Under the pieces are notes generated by a model, which saw only the letters and a program-made list of their open reading frames with translations, made no database searches and had not been told where the DNA came from. The position numbers were made by a program, and so were the translations under genes. From Priapulus caudatus (lineage: Eukaryota), in assembly GCF_000485595.1 (NCBI RefSeq), contig NW_014577070.1, positions 916,526-964,007 on the forward strand: a stretch of DNA of 47,482 nucleotides, in the 5' to 3' direction. This document shows, piece after piece, positions 14,540 through 27,207 of this stretch; the stretch's first letter is position 1, and each line of letters starts with the position of its first letter.

Positions 14540-15005
14540 AGCGCACGCCCGCCCGCACGCACGCACGCACACAGGCACACACACGCTCACATGCACACAC
14601 GCACACAGACACACACACGCACGCACACACACACACACACACACACACGCACGCACACACACGCACACACACACACGCACACAGACACACACACACACGC
14701 ACACGCACACGCACGCACACGCGCACACGCACGCACACTGCGCCGCTGATAGACGTATAACGTATGAGAGGCGGGCAGGCGGCAGCAGCGGCAGCAGCGG
14801 CAGCGGAGTGAGCGGCGCTAGTGTCGACGTCGTCACCCCACATTCCACATGGACGCACACCACCGCGCGCGCGCGTGTGTGAAGTGTGTGTGTGTGTGTG
14901 GTGTGTGTGTGGTCCGTGCATGCGTGCGTGCGTGCGTGTATGTGTGTGGTGTGTGTGTGTGTGTGTCCGTGGCATGCGTGCGTGCGTGCGTGCGTGTATG
15001 TGTGT

Positions 15006-15041
<36 letters not shown>

Positions 15042-15079
15042 GTGTGTGTGTGTGCGTGTGTGTGTGTGCGCGCGTGTGT

Positions 15080-15132
<53 letters not shown>

Positions 15133-15225
15133 TTGGTGTGTGTGTGTGTGTGTGTGTGCGTGTGTGTGTATGAGTGTGTGTGTAAGTGTGTATGTGTGTG
15201 TGCGTGTGTGTGTGCGCGCGTGTCT

Positions 15226-15270
<45 letters not shown>

Positions 15271-15570
15271 TGCGTTGCGTCACTGTGGGTGTGTGTTTGA
15301 GTGTGTATGGGGGGGGGGCTTCAGCACCAATATTAATGTACCTGGCAGCGACGTTAGCTGTAAGTCACAGAGCGGTCTGAGAGCAGGCTCTCCTTCCCCC
15401 TTTCGCTTTCACTGACTCCCTCTCTCCCTCTCTCTCTCTCTCTCTGTCTCTTTCTCTCTCTCTCTTTCTTTCTTAATCACTCTGCCTCTCTCCCCTTCTC
15501 TCGCTCGGTCTTTCTTTGTCTCTGGATGACTCTCTTTCTCCTCTACCTCTCTCGCGCTCTCTCGTTCTCG

Positions 15571-15618
<48 letters not shown>

Positions 15619-15791
15619 ACACACACGCACACACGTGCACACATCGTCTGCCTGTCGCCCCATTCTCTTCCCGCTCTCCCTTCTGCGCTCCCTCTCCCTG
15701 TTGCTCTCTCTCTGTGTCTCTATGTCTCTCTCTCCATTTCCCCCTCCCACTCTCTCTTTCACGCACGCCACACACACACACACACGCGCAC

Positions 15792-15826
<35 letters not shown>

Positions 15827-15846
15827 CAACACACACACACACACAC

Positions 15847-15881
<35 letters not shown>

Positions 15882-15897
15882 CACACACACACACACA

Positions 15898-15931
<34 letters not shown>

Positions 15932-15932
15932 G
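14540..15932. repeat. Block of (CA)n, (GT)n, (CT)n and (TA)n microsatellites between the titin-like and calpain genes
   Basis: Dinucleotide arrays visible directly. Confidence 0.95.
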
Positions 15933-15937
15933 ATAAT

Positions 15938-16392
15938 GGGCTCGCCTATCACAGCTGGACTCGCCTACCACAGCTAGGCTCGCCTACCACAGCTGGGCTC
16001 GCCTACCACAGCTAGGCTCGCCTACCACAGCGCTAGCCTCGCCTACCACAGCTGGGCTCGCCTACACAGCTGGCTCGCTACACAACTGGGTTCGCCTACC
16101 AATAGCTAGGCTCGCCTACGACAGCTGGGCTCGCCTACCACAGCTAGGTCGCCTACCACAGCTGGGTTCGCCTAAAACAGCTGAGCTTGCCTACCACAAC
16201 CAGGCTTGCCTACCACAGCTGGGCTCGCCTGTCACAGCTGGCTCGCCTACCACAGCTTGGCTCGCTACCACAGCTGGGCCTGCCTACACAACCAGGCTCG
16301 CCTACCACAGCTGGGCTCGTCTGTCACAGCTTGGCTCGCCTATCACAGCTGGGCTCGCTTACCACAGCTAGGCTCGCCTACCACAGCTGGGG
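15938..16392. repeat. 19-bp minisatellite, consensus GGGCTCGCCTACCACAGCT, about 24 copies
   Basis: Head-to-tail units with period 19, scattered substitutions and indels, and no spacers. Confidence 0.92.
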
Positions 16393-17247
16393 TTCGCGTG
16401 TCTGCGATCGCGAGCCTGAGGTCGGGCGGAAAACGATGCGTTACCTGCGTAATCAGAGAGCAGAACGAAACAGGTTCGATGCCAAATCGTCAGCATTTAG
16501 CGCCGCTGTATATCCGCCACTCACGACGGCCGTCCGCAAAACTGGTTGCCGCATTACAACAGCAACAAGTGTCTGCTAGTCCGTGCGCGACTGTGTGCGC
16601 GCGTAAACGCTTATCGGTTCGTGTATGCATACTGTTACAGACACGCACGCGCACGTACGTATATACACGTATTTACGTGTGCGATGACGTCAAGACCGTG
16701 TCCGACGTTAAGGAGTAGCAGCAACTTGTGAATTCGGATTTGTGTGATTTCGGTCAGCGACAACCACACGACGGATGGAAGCAGTGCACGCATGACTCTA
16801 CGCTGCTACATACGCCACCTGCTCTAGCTCGCCCGACAGTATATATACCATCGTATCAAACTCCGGCGAGAACTACATTTCGATAATGGTACACACACTC
16901 GCACTTGTATCTTAACAGGATCAATGGGTCGCCGACTCTCGCTGCACATGCCATAGACGCGAAACGGGTAAATATGCTGTGAATGTAGCAAGGTATTTTA
17001 CGAAGATCATGATGCGCCAATTATAGAAAACGTAACTGTGTAAATAAAAAGGGCGGTTGTCTTTTTGAGAACAGGTTCGCGTGGAATCTGTTCGTGCGTA
17101 GATTATCGTAAGCACGATTGTACGAACTGAAACGAACGCACTATTGACGATCGCAAAGATTTTACACGTAGTAAGCGCACGTACGCACGCGACGCACACA
17201 CACACACACACACACGACACACACACACGAGGCACACACACACATAT

Positions 17248-17307
<60 letters not shown>

Positions 17308-17560
17308 CATTCCTTGGAAGGGTCGAGTGACGCGTCAGTGTGCGTCTCGCATAAGCAAGATAGCTTGTAGTTAATGTAATACAGGCCGATGTCGGCAGGG
17401 TCGACCTTGTTTTCTGACTATCGGCATGAGTTTACCGCCGCTGACGTGAACTTCTTTCGCCTTGCCTAACCTGCTTACACCCATCTCCACGGAGAGCGAT
17501 CAACGGCGCGGTGAAACTCGGCGACTGACCGCTGTGTGGATCGCTGGACGCGCTGAGACC

Positions 17561-17665
17561 AATAACAACAACAACAACAACAACAATATTAATAATAATA
17601 ATCAGCATCATCATCATAGCAACAACAACAACAACATCAATAATAATAATAATAATAATAATAAC
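17561..17665. repeat. (AAC)n/(AAT)n/(CAT)n trinucleotide microsatellite
   Basis: Visible directly; explains the poly-Asn/His ORF. Confidence 0.9.
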
Positions 17666-17821
17666 GCGGTGTGTTATTTACCAGGTATCCGCGAGCAGAT
17701 ATACGTGACCCGCGCATATCTCCGTATATATATCTCCCTACACCGTACATACTCGAGCTCGCAAACAGCTCTACTGTATACGGCCCCGTACCTGCCGGGG
17801 AACACGTCGCGGCGCTAAGAT

Positions 17822-20800
17822 ATGGCTGCGACACTACGCGTGGAAGACCTGAAACAAGCGTGCATCGGCAGCGGACATTTATATGAAGACCGCGGAGTTC
17901 GCCTGTCACCAAGGACTCGGTGTTTTACTACCAGACACCGCGCATTTCAATTTCAGTGGAAGAGGCCGAAGGTAGATATTGAATTTTAATGAATTTCCCA
18001 GAACCAAACTCGTTCCCCGGATGCCATTTACACCATAAAGGTAGGGGCACACGAGCGATTTTTATCGCCCGATCGCCGCGAATTTTAAAATCGCTCGAAA
18101 ATTCGCCCGTGTGCCCGTTCACGTCGACGCCGATTTTAATCGCCCGCACGAATCGCCCGTATCCAAATGTTAGATATTTTCGGGCGATTATTTAGCGCCG
18201 GCGATTATTTACGCTGGCAAATTCGCTCGTGTGCCCGTGTCCGGCGTATTTTGTCGCCCGATCGATTTTTCTAACCAATCGGACGTGTTGTTGATATCAT
18301 GTGGATGTATAAAATCGGGCGATTAAATTCGCTACGTGTGCCCCTTCGTGATCGGGCGATTAAATTCGCTGGCGATTTTAATCGCCGCGATCGGGCGATA
18401 AAATACGCTCGTGTGCCCCTAGCATAACCATAAACGCATAATTGTTACGACATAATTTGTAGAGCTGTCTAGGCATATAATAACGCCTGCCCGGAATTTG
18501 TAATCAGTTAACTTTTTTCAGCCATGTTTCCACACAGCTGTAGCGCTGTTAGCTATTTCCGTGTTAGCTTTACGAAAACGACGCTAGAGCAAACAGCATT
18601 TGCGCCAAATGTTTGTGTTGTAAAATCGTCGAAGGTGTAGTTTTCTCACATACATTCCCGAGTTGTCCCTACTTACGGATGAGTAGTCCTTAATGTCCGC
18701 GTAACTTCTCATTTTGTGCAACTTGCTTACGCGCTGTATGAAACATTCACGGAAATGCTTAATGCACCGCAAGTTATAACCATCTTCACTAACTGCAATC
18801 ATGATTTTCTATTATAGGAACTAGTTTCCAAGCCATGTTTTTTGCTAGATGGACAGAATCAATGCGACATCACCACGGGGAAGTTAGGTATGAAACACTC
18901 GCCAACTATCTAGCTACGCAATGCAGGCGCAATACTTGACCGTCTTATTCGCATCCACACAGACACACATACACACACCCGCACGCACGTACGTCCGATT
19001 ACGCGTGCTATCAATGTATTAAAATGCAATTTGTGAGGTTATGCGGATATATGCGGTCGAGTAAGTATCGTACCTCAATCTCAATCATCGTACCAAGAGC
19101 GTACGTATAACGTCAGAAGTGGATTATACAAATCATTATTTTATTATCTTATCTTATTCATGTCTGATTAAGTCTGTCATGAACTACTTTTCATGTTTCA
19201 TTATCTTACTCTTAATTTATGTTATTTTATGTTATTGTGTGTCTGTGTTATTGTGTTATTATGACGTGGTGTGCGTGCAATGCGCTCGCACTGCGTAGAT
19301 TCAGTCATCCAGTAGCCGTGTCTTTCTACCGGCGACCTACAGGCGACAGTTGGCTGGTGTCAAGTCTCGGGTCCCTCTACCTCACGAAATCCATGTTCTT
19401 CCGCGTGATACCGTCCGAACAGTCGTTTGACGACGACTACTGCGGACTCTTTTACTTCAGGTAAAATGCAATAATTGTAATTTATTTTCATTCAATTCAA
19501 TGTCATTGACGCTGAAGCGAATTATGCTTACGATTGAAAATATCTACACAGCGAATTGTGATAAACATCGGCGCGTTCAAGATTATAGGTTGTGCGGTTG
19601 AAATAAGCGCCAAACAAAGATAGTGAGTTGTGATTTACCCGTTTATAATGGCTCGATATTGTGATCCCAAAAATACAGCATTAGCAGGAGCAAATAGTAC
19701 AATAATTACGATCTATTATTATTTACTATTATTTACTCCCAATAGAATCGAAATGAGGTCTAAATATAGTTTTACCCTGATCCCTTAATATAAAGGGTTT
19801 AATTGTATTTAGCACACTGTATCTCGCTCAACACGGAAGCAACTCACGGACGAGTCTAATTGCTACCGATTATGAGCTGTATGCTGCCTCTAGCAGGCAT
19901 CAGCCATCTAACTGCTGGCCTGGAAACACACAGACAGCGCGAATGTCAAAAGACGACTGAAACAAAAGACACAACACCGTAAACCTTGAGTGCCGCGTGT
20001 TCAACAGATGTTGTTGTCAATGTTATAATACACCGCAACGAATTGTACTGTAAGGATATTGCGTGTGACATAATCGGTGCATGTAATCGATGCATTGACA
20101 TAGTCGATACATGTACGTAATCGATAATACGATCTAAATCAATCAGCGTAATTGACTTGGCTCTTCCGATCACGTAATTGTTGGCAATACTCCCGATCGT
20201 GAGATGAAATACTCTGTATTTTGTTAGGAATTCGCGATTTAAAATCCACCGCGTCTCTCGGATACGTCTCCGATATTTCTAATCATGTTCGCGCGTTATT
20301 TTGCTGCGTAGAGTTTGGTGGCACGGTACGTGGAAGAAGGTAGTCATCGACGATCGCCTTCCCACCGTCAACAACAAGCTGGTGTTCATACAGAGCGACG
20401 GCAGCCATCAGTTCTGGGCAGCACTCATCGAAAAGGCGTTCGCTAAGTAAGACTGCTACGCGAGTCGCCGACTGTTATAGAAGCCCGGCGTATTACAGTA
20501 CTGTGGCCGAACTTACCCTGACACGTATATAGCACCCACACACACACAACACCACGCACCGCACGCACGCACGCACCGTGCGGCGCGCACCAGCAACGCC
20601 AACACGCCCCCCCCACCCACACAGCGATCACACACACCCACGCCACGCACGCACGCAGCACGCACGCACCGCCGCGCTGCGCCGCGCACAGGCACCTCCA
20701 CGAGACATACACTGCACACGCGCGCACGCAGTAACGCACGCGCGCACACACACCACACAACACGTGTCACACACAACCACACACCATATATATATATATA

Positions 20801-21008
20801 TATAGTATATACATGTGTTGAAGAAGAAGAGCATGACGCTCACTATGGGGCAACAGCTCAAACTGAGTCTTACCCCCACGTGGATTAGCTTGCTGTTTTG
20901 GTGTTGGCCATTATAATATTCCATATAGGGCGCTACTATGAACAAAAGTTAAAGAGGCAGCAGCTGTCCAGGCCTCTTGCTTCACACATGTAATATATAT
21001 ATAATATA

Positions 21009-21042
<34 letters not shown>

Positions 21043-22205
21043 TAGCTACGTGTCACGTTAAGTTCGGTCACAGTGTTGTAAACATACGTGTGTATAATAT
21101 TACGTTAATAATTACGTGTGTATTATATACGCTGTCGTGAATTTTCTTGTTGTATATCAAGTATCAAGTTGATGAAAGAACTTGTGCACGTACTTTCCAA
21201 TTTATTTTATCTACTTTGCGTTTACGGTCACAGCTTTTTATTTCGCAAAAGCACTCTAACTTACGGCAGACTATGGCGAATGACGTCGGCTACGTGAAAT
21301 TTTTAATAATACGTCATTAGGAACTTCCTTTTCTTGCGTTATCTTATCATTACGATAATCACCCGTCGTCATACACAAGACACTGCGCGCCGACCGGTTA
21401 AAACATACGGTTAGAAATGCTGGCACTGTTGTCAGAGACAAAGGTAGTCTTAACATTAGCCTTAACTTTACGATGTTTCTGGCAACAGGCCCTGTGTTGG
21501 CAAATCGTTTAGTAGTGGGTGTTATGAGCGAAAAGCAGTGTGCGCATGTAGTGGGCTTGTGTTGCTGTATGAGTAATAGGTAGGGTGGGCTAGTATGGCT
21601 AGTCGGAATTATATTTAGAGTAGTTAATAGTATTTTTTAATAATTCAGAAACTCGGTAAAACTCGGTAAGAATTGCAGGCCGGTTATAAATAAGATGTTG
21701 TGGGAAGGTGCATGCTCGCGATATAATATGGCAAACAAAGCCCGAACATGTCAATGCGAACCGAGCCCCCTTAAGCTATCACCAGTAAGACGTAAAGAGG
21801 CACACACCGCGCTGATATGAGCTCACTCCAAATACAATAATCGGGTTAAGGTTTTTTTTAGAGGAAACGTGCCGAAGTCGCTAATTCGTGACATTCCAAA
21901 GGCACCGGGAAAACCGGTTGACATATAGTTACGCGGTAGGGACCAAAGTGTGCTCGACTGCTAACGCGCTGACTCTCTAAGTCGTTTCTTTGAGTTAAGT
22001 GTGATTTTCGTTTATCGCTCCCGAATGACAAGTGGTAGGATTAACGTTGTTTTCTCTCAAAGAAAGGGATAAGGATCTTTTCAATTGCCGATCTGATTAT
22101 AATTTCTTCATTTGACCCGTAATGATTACCATATAATAATTTATTTTTAGTCTCATAATTTTAAAATGTCATTCTCTCTCTCTCTCTGTCTCTATCTATG
22201 TCTAC

Positions 22206-22277
<72 letters not shown>

Positions 22278-22646
22278 NNNNNNNNNNNNNNNNNNNNNNN
22301 NNCGGGGGAAAACCGGTTGAATATAGTTACACGGTCTAGGGGGGGGAAAACCAAAAAAAAGTTTAGGTGCTCGAGCTGCTAACGCGCTGACGTCTCTAAG
22401 TCGTTTCTTTGAGTTAAGCTGTGATTTCGTTTATCGCTCCCGAATGGACAAGTGGTAAGGTTAACGTGTTGTTTTCTCTCAAGAGAAAGGGATGAAGATC
22501 ATTGTTCAATTGCGCCGATCTGATTATATTCTCATTGAACCCGTAATGAATTACCATATAATAATTATTGTTAGTCCCTATATTTAAAAGTGGTTCATCT
22601 CTCTCTCTCTCTGTCTCTATCTATATGTCGTACCATCTATCTTATC

Positions 22647-22682
<36 letters not shown>

Positions 22683-25600
22683 ACTATCTACCTATGTATC
22701 TATCTATCTATCTATCTAATCTTCTGATTCTATTCTATCTACTCTATCTATGCTTGCTCATATCTTCTATCTATCTAATCTATCTATTCTATCATCTATC
22801 TATCTACTCTAATCTGACTATCTAGTCTATTTTTCTATCTTAATCTATTTATATCTATACTCCTATCTATTTCTCTCTCGATATAGTATATATTAAGAGT
22901 AGATAATCAGGGAATCCCTATTATCTACTTCCTGAGTATAACTAATATATATATATATATATATATATAATAATATATAGTTTAAGAGCATCCCTGCATG
23001 AATACATGTGTGGATTATGCTGCTGTGCGACCGGGCAGAATGGTGGAATGCATCACATTTCCTACACTATACCGTAGACATTATGTAGACGTATGTTCAG
23101 ATTGTATAGATGTTTTTTTCAACAGCAATTACCTCACAGCACTATGCGAATAATTACATACGCGCACCTTGCATCCGTATATGTGACATTGCCTGGTTTT
23201 ATAGTGTGTAGTTCGGCGGCGGGAATATGAAATATTTTATTTGCTATTATGTATGGTAAATGTGCGACCATCCGACTATCGCACTGCTCGGTCACGTAAA
23301 ACGTTCGGGGCGGCATATCGCACACGCGGATGCGCACCCACAGGCTCCTAATAACACCCCCACTCCCCTCTCTCCAGCGCGTATTACACCGTAATGGCAA
23401 TAACCGGAACTAGCGGATGTCCGGCTTACAGGTTGTACGGCTCGTACGAGGCGCTCAAGTACAATACGATAGTAGACGGACTCACCGACCTGACCGGGGG
23501 TGTGGTGGAGACGATGGACATGAAGGATGACCCCATGGCCTGCAGCATCCTGCTACGGAGCATGCTGGACGTGTCGTCTCTCGTAACGTGTTCCACGCCG
23601 AACGTACGTGGCTCTCCCTCCTGCAATCATCCGCACCTCATACGCATCTCTACAGATCTATTACCGTGCTGTTGGGCGGGGGTTCCTTGGGCGGGCTCTA
23701 CCCGCGTAGTCCTTCGCTTCCGCTACAGCCTACAGGGCTATACGACTTAACGGTGCTGCGAAACGGTAGTGAATTATTGCAGTATGGCAGACTGAGTTGT
23801 AGCCTGCGATAGTAAAATACGCTATCCGGCGAGATAAACGTCTCGACTTTAGCCAGCCACCCTAAATTCAAACATAACTCGTTTTATTTTGGTCAGATTG
23901 GGCGGTTTATCGAACCCAAATGACCCCCGAAAAACAATTACGCGCCCATGTGTGATAGAGGCGACACTAGTGAGCGGGTACCAGCCTTGTTACGCTGTAG
24001 AAATCCACTGCCGTATAGCACTTTGGGTCATGTAGCCCGATAGCGGAAGCGAAGGGCTGGCTACACGGGTAAAGCTGGACACGTCCTCCCCCCCTAATGT
24101 GCTCTATAGCGATGGTAAACCCCTTCACGCGCGCCCATGACCCCTCATCACACCCGCGTCTCTTATACACAGATTAGCTGGATGCGTGCATATGGATGTT
24201 GGCACAACGCAGTGTGACAAATGTATTCACTGCCGAGCACAGCGAGTTCCTCTGTAATTATTTCGGTGCGAATGATTGCATTAGATTCAAGCTGTGGCAG
24301 CCGTGCCTCGCTCTATGGCTACCCCGTGCCATTTGTTAACGACACGCGGGTTATTCCCTTTATGTTCACCCCTGTGTAAGAGCAAAGGCAGCTATAGAGC
24401 CGATGTCTATGGCAGGATTGCAACACGAGTACCCAATACGGTCGAGCAAAGGAAGTAATTCCACTAATAGCGCGGTTCTTCTGTTGTGTATGTGTGTATA
24501 ACGATCGAGTACATATTTCAGCCTGCGAAAGGAAGCGTCCCGGAAATACTCCCCAATGGATTATCGTTGGGAAGAAGCTATCGAGTTATTCAACTAGAAA
24601 AGGTATTACCTTTCGACGGAAGTCTAATAAAAATTAGAATAAATAATGAATAAGAACGATAAGCGATCGAGCGAACACTAATAATTTCATTATTAACTAA
24701 TGAATGTTATTCAAACTGCGCTAATGATAAATGGTTCACTAATGACATGTGATTGCTCCTCTGAAATTTGCGTAAGAAATGCGAGTATGCGACTTGGCAG
24801 TTTTATTATGAAATCGAAATGATAAAAGTCTATAAATGAATAACGGACTTTGTCCAACATTCGCACAACCTATAACCGAATATATCAGTCAAATCATCAC
24901 TATTCAATTGTACGTAAATTACTAGAACATCAGGGTGCTAACCAATCTAATACCCCATACTCCCTAAATCCCTAGCTATTAATGAAATGCAACTTCCCTA
25001 CTGCTTATATGTAACTATTATACTTAATTAAACCGTGTATAGGTGTCCACGTCGATGGATGAGAGTATACAGCTAGTGCGACTGCGTAATCCATGGGGTG
25101 CTGCAAATTATAGCGGTGCCTGGCAGGAGGGGTCGCTGGAGTGGAACACCGTCTCACAAAAAGACAAGGACGCACTGGGCATTGGTCTTAAAGCCGACGG
25201 AGAATTCTGGCAAGCGCATTGACACGCGCTCGCGCACACGCCGACATGCACGCACGCACGCACACGCCGACATGCACGCACGCACGCACACATACACGTG
25301 ACAAGCACTTGAGCTTCGGTTTCTTTAAATACGAACATCAAACGAACTAATGACGTAAATAAATGTCATGACGTCAATCAGTTACATAACTCTTTTAATT
25401 ACTCGGCGTATTATATATACGTACATCGAGTATAATTTACCGAGCACGCATTTCTTAATTGACAACCCATTATTCCGAGATTATAACGTATTCTCGACTA
25501 ATTGTGTAGGATGCCGTATTACGACTTCGTGAAATGCTTCGCTAGTCTTGAGCTGGTGCACATCGCGTGGGAGACCGTTCAACTCGAGCCGACGCTCAAC

Positions 25601-26300
25601 AAGAAGAAGCCGTGGGAATTGCAGACCTTTCACGGACGATGGTGCAGAGGCGTTACTGCCGGTGGTTGCAGAAACCACGCAGGTACGGATGGCGCGGGCG
25701 CAGTGCGTAATGGCAGAAGCGTAGGTAAACCATTTTGCCTGGTGGGAGGGGGATCATCAAGGCCACGTGGGTAGGTGTGTACTGGGAAGGTGACCACCAT
25801 TGACTATGTAATGTATCTATATTTCTGCTGGAGAGAGCAACAACTACCCCCTTGCCTTCCGCTAGCTACAGCCCTGAGACCGAGGGTGTGGGGTGGGGGC
25901 GTGCGCTATCCCTTTGGTGCCCTCGGTGTGCAAATCCTCTGAACGACACGTGTGTGTGTGTGTGTGTGATGTGGTGTGTTGTGTGGGCTGCCGCGTGATG
26001 TGTTTGTTTGGGTCGTGGCTGCGTGCCGCAGCGGGTGTTGTTTGTATCGTGTGTGTGTGTGTTGTGCGTGCGTGCGTCGCGCTGTGGTGGTGTGTGCGTC
26101 GTTTGCGTCGCTGCGCGTCGTGTAGTGCGTGCGGTGCGCCATGCAGCGCGTGTGCATGTGCGTGGTGTATGTGTGTGTGTGTGTGCACACAACACTGTTG
26201 CGCGTGTTTGTGTGATGTCTGTGATGTAGGGGTGTGATCGGGTTTGGCTGCGTGTGGCACATATATAGTGTGTGTGTATGTGTGCCTGTGTGCCTGTGTG

Positions 26301-26335
<35 letters not shown>

Positions 26336-27150
26336 GGTGTGTGTGTGATGTGAGCTGTGTGTGGTGTGTGTGTGTGTGGTGCATCGATTGTGGGGATTCA
26401 GCAAGCTAACAATGTTGAGCTATGTGAAGCTGCGCCGCAAGATGCGTAGCGCACGACACTTCGCATTTCCACTTGCATTGATGAATCAAAATCAGACACA
26501 ATCGCTTTTAACTCGACCAACATCCATCTCGCCATCGGCCATTGCTCTAGATTGCACGCTTTTCTGCTCTACTTGCATGCTGAGTCATCGTCAAGCTATT
26601 TATATCACGGTAAACACAAACTATTTATCCGATTACAAGCAGTAAAGTCGGGGGGCGTGGTAGGTTTCCGCTGCCGAGGCATAACACTCGGCATGTTTTT
26701 TGATACAAGGAAGACAATGCTCACTGTCGAGCGAGGAGACATTGTCTCATGCGAACACAGCGTTCTGCTAAACACACCTGTACACAGGTGCATAGGCTCA
26801 TGCGCTAACGTTTTAATTGCGTCGTTGCGGCTGTCGTTACAGACACGACAGTAACGACAGCCGCACCGACGCAATTAAATCGTTTCTTTTCCGCATTGCT
26901 TTCAGAGACGTTCTACACGAATCCGCAGCTACTGCTGACAGTGTCGGAGGCGGACGACGTTCTAATCTCCCTGCAGCAACACAACAGCTACGACCCGCAC
27001 GTCATAGGCTTCTCAGTCTACCAGGTGTGTCAAATTCTAAAGCTATAGCGACATTTATGCAAAACGTTTCATTTCTTTCGCGCACAACTATCATGAAGAG
27101 TAAATAATAGAATGAAATAGTATAAATCACCAATGATATACTCACAATAT

Positions 27151-27207
<57 letters not shown>

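Noticed and set aside
14315..16015. Long ORFs rich in HT/CV/SL/RE dipeptides (also at 5577-6389, 25862-26404, 40063-40729, 41944-43166 and 44947-45525)
   Set aside because: These are translations of dinucleotide microsatellites or N-gaps. The only real coding parts are the short exons already annotated.
15938..16392. Regular 19-bp repeat array as a CRISPR array or a repetitive protein
   Set aside because: Units are head-to-tail with no unique spacers, there are no cas genes and the context is eukaryotic. The period is not a multiple of 3 and the array has indels, so it is a minisatellite.
17671..17886. Upstream ORF as an N-terminal calpain extension (acceptor near 17684)
   Set aside because: It is out of frame with the LKQAC..WKRPK segment and has no recognisable motif. 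It may be 5' UTR or obscured by indel errors, and cannot be decided from the sequence.
21906..22700. Tandem ~370-bp duplication in a calpain intron
   Set aside because: The copies flank an N-gap and differ mainly by homopolymer and indel noise, which is typical of an unmerged contig overlap.
25700..25880. Possible degraded hAT-like MITE ending GCTAGCTACAGCCCTG
   Set aside because: The left terminus and TSD cannot be matched convincingly.
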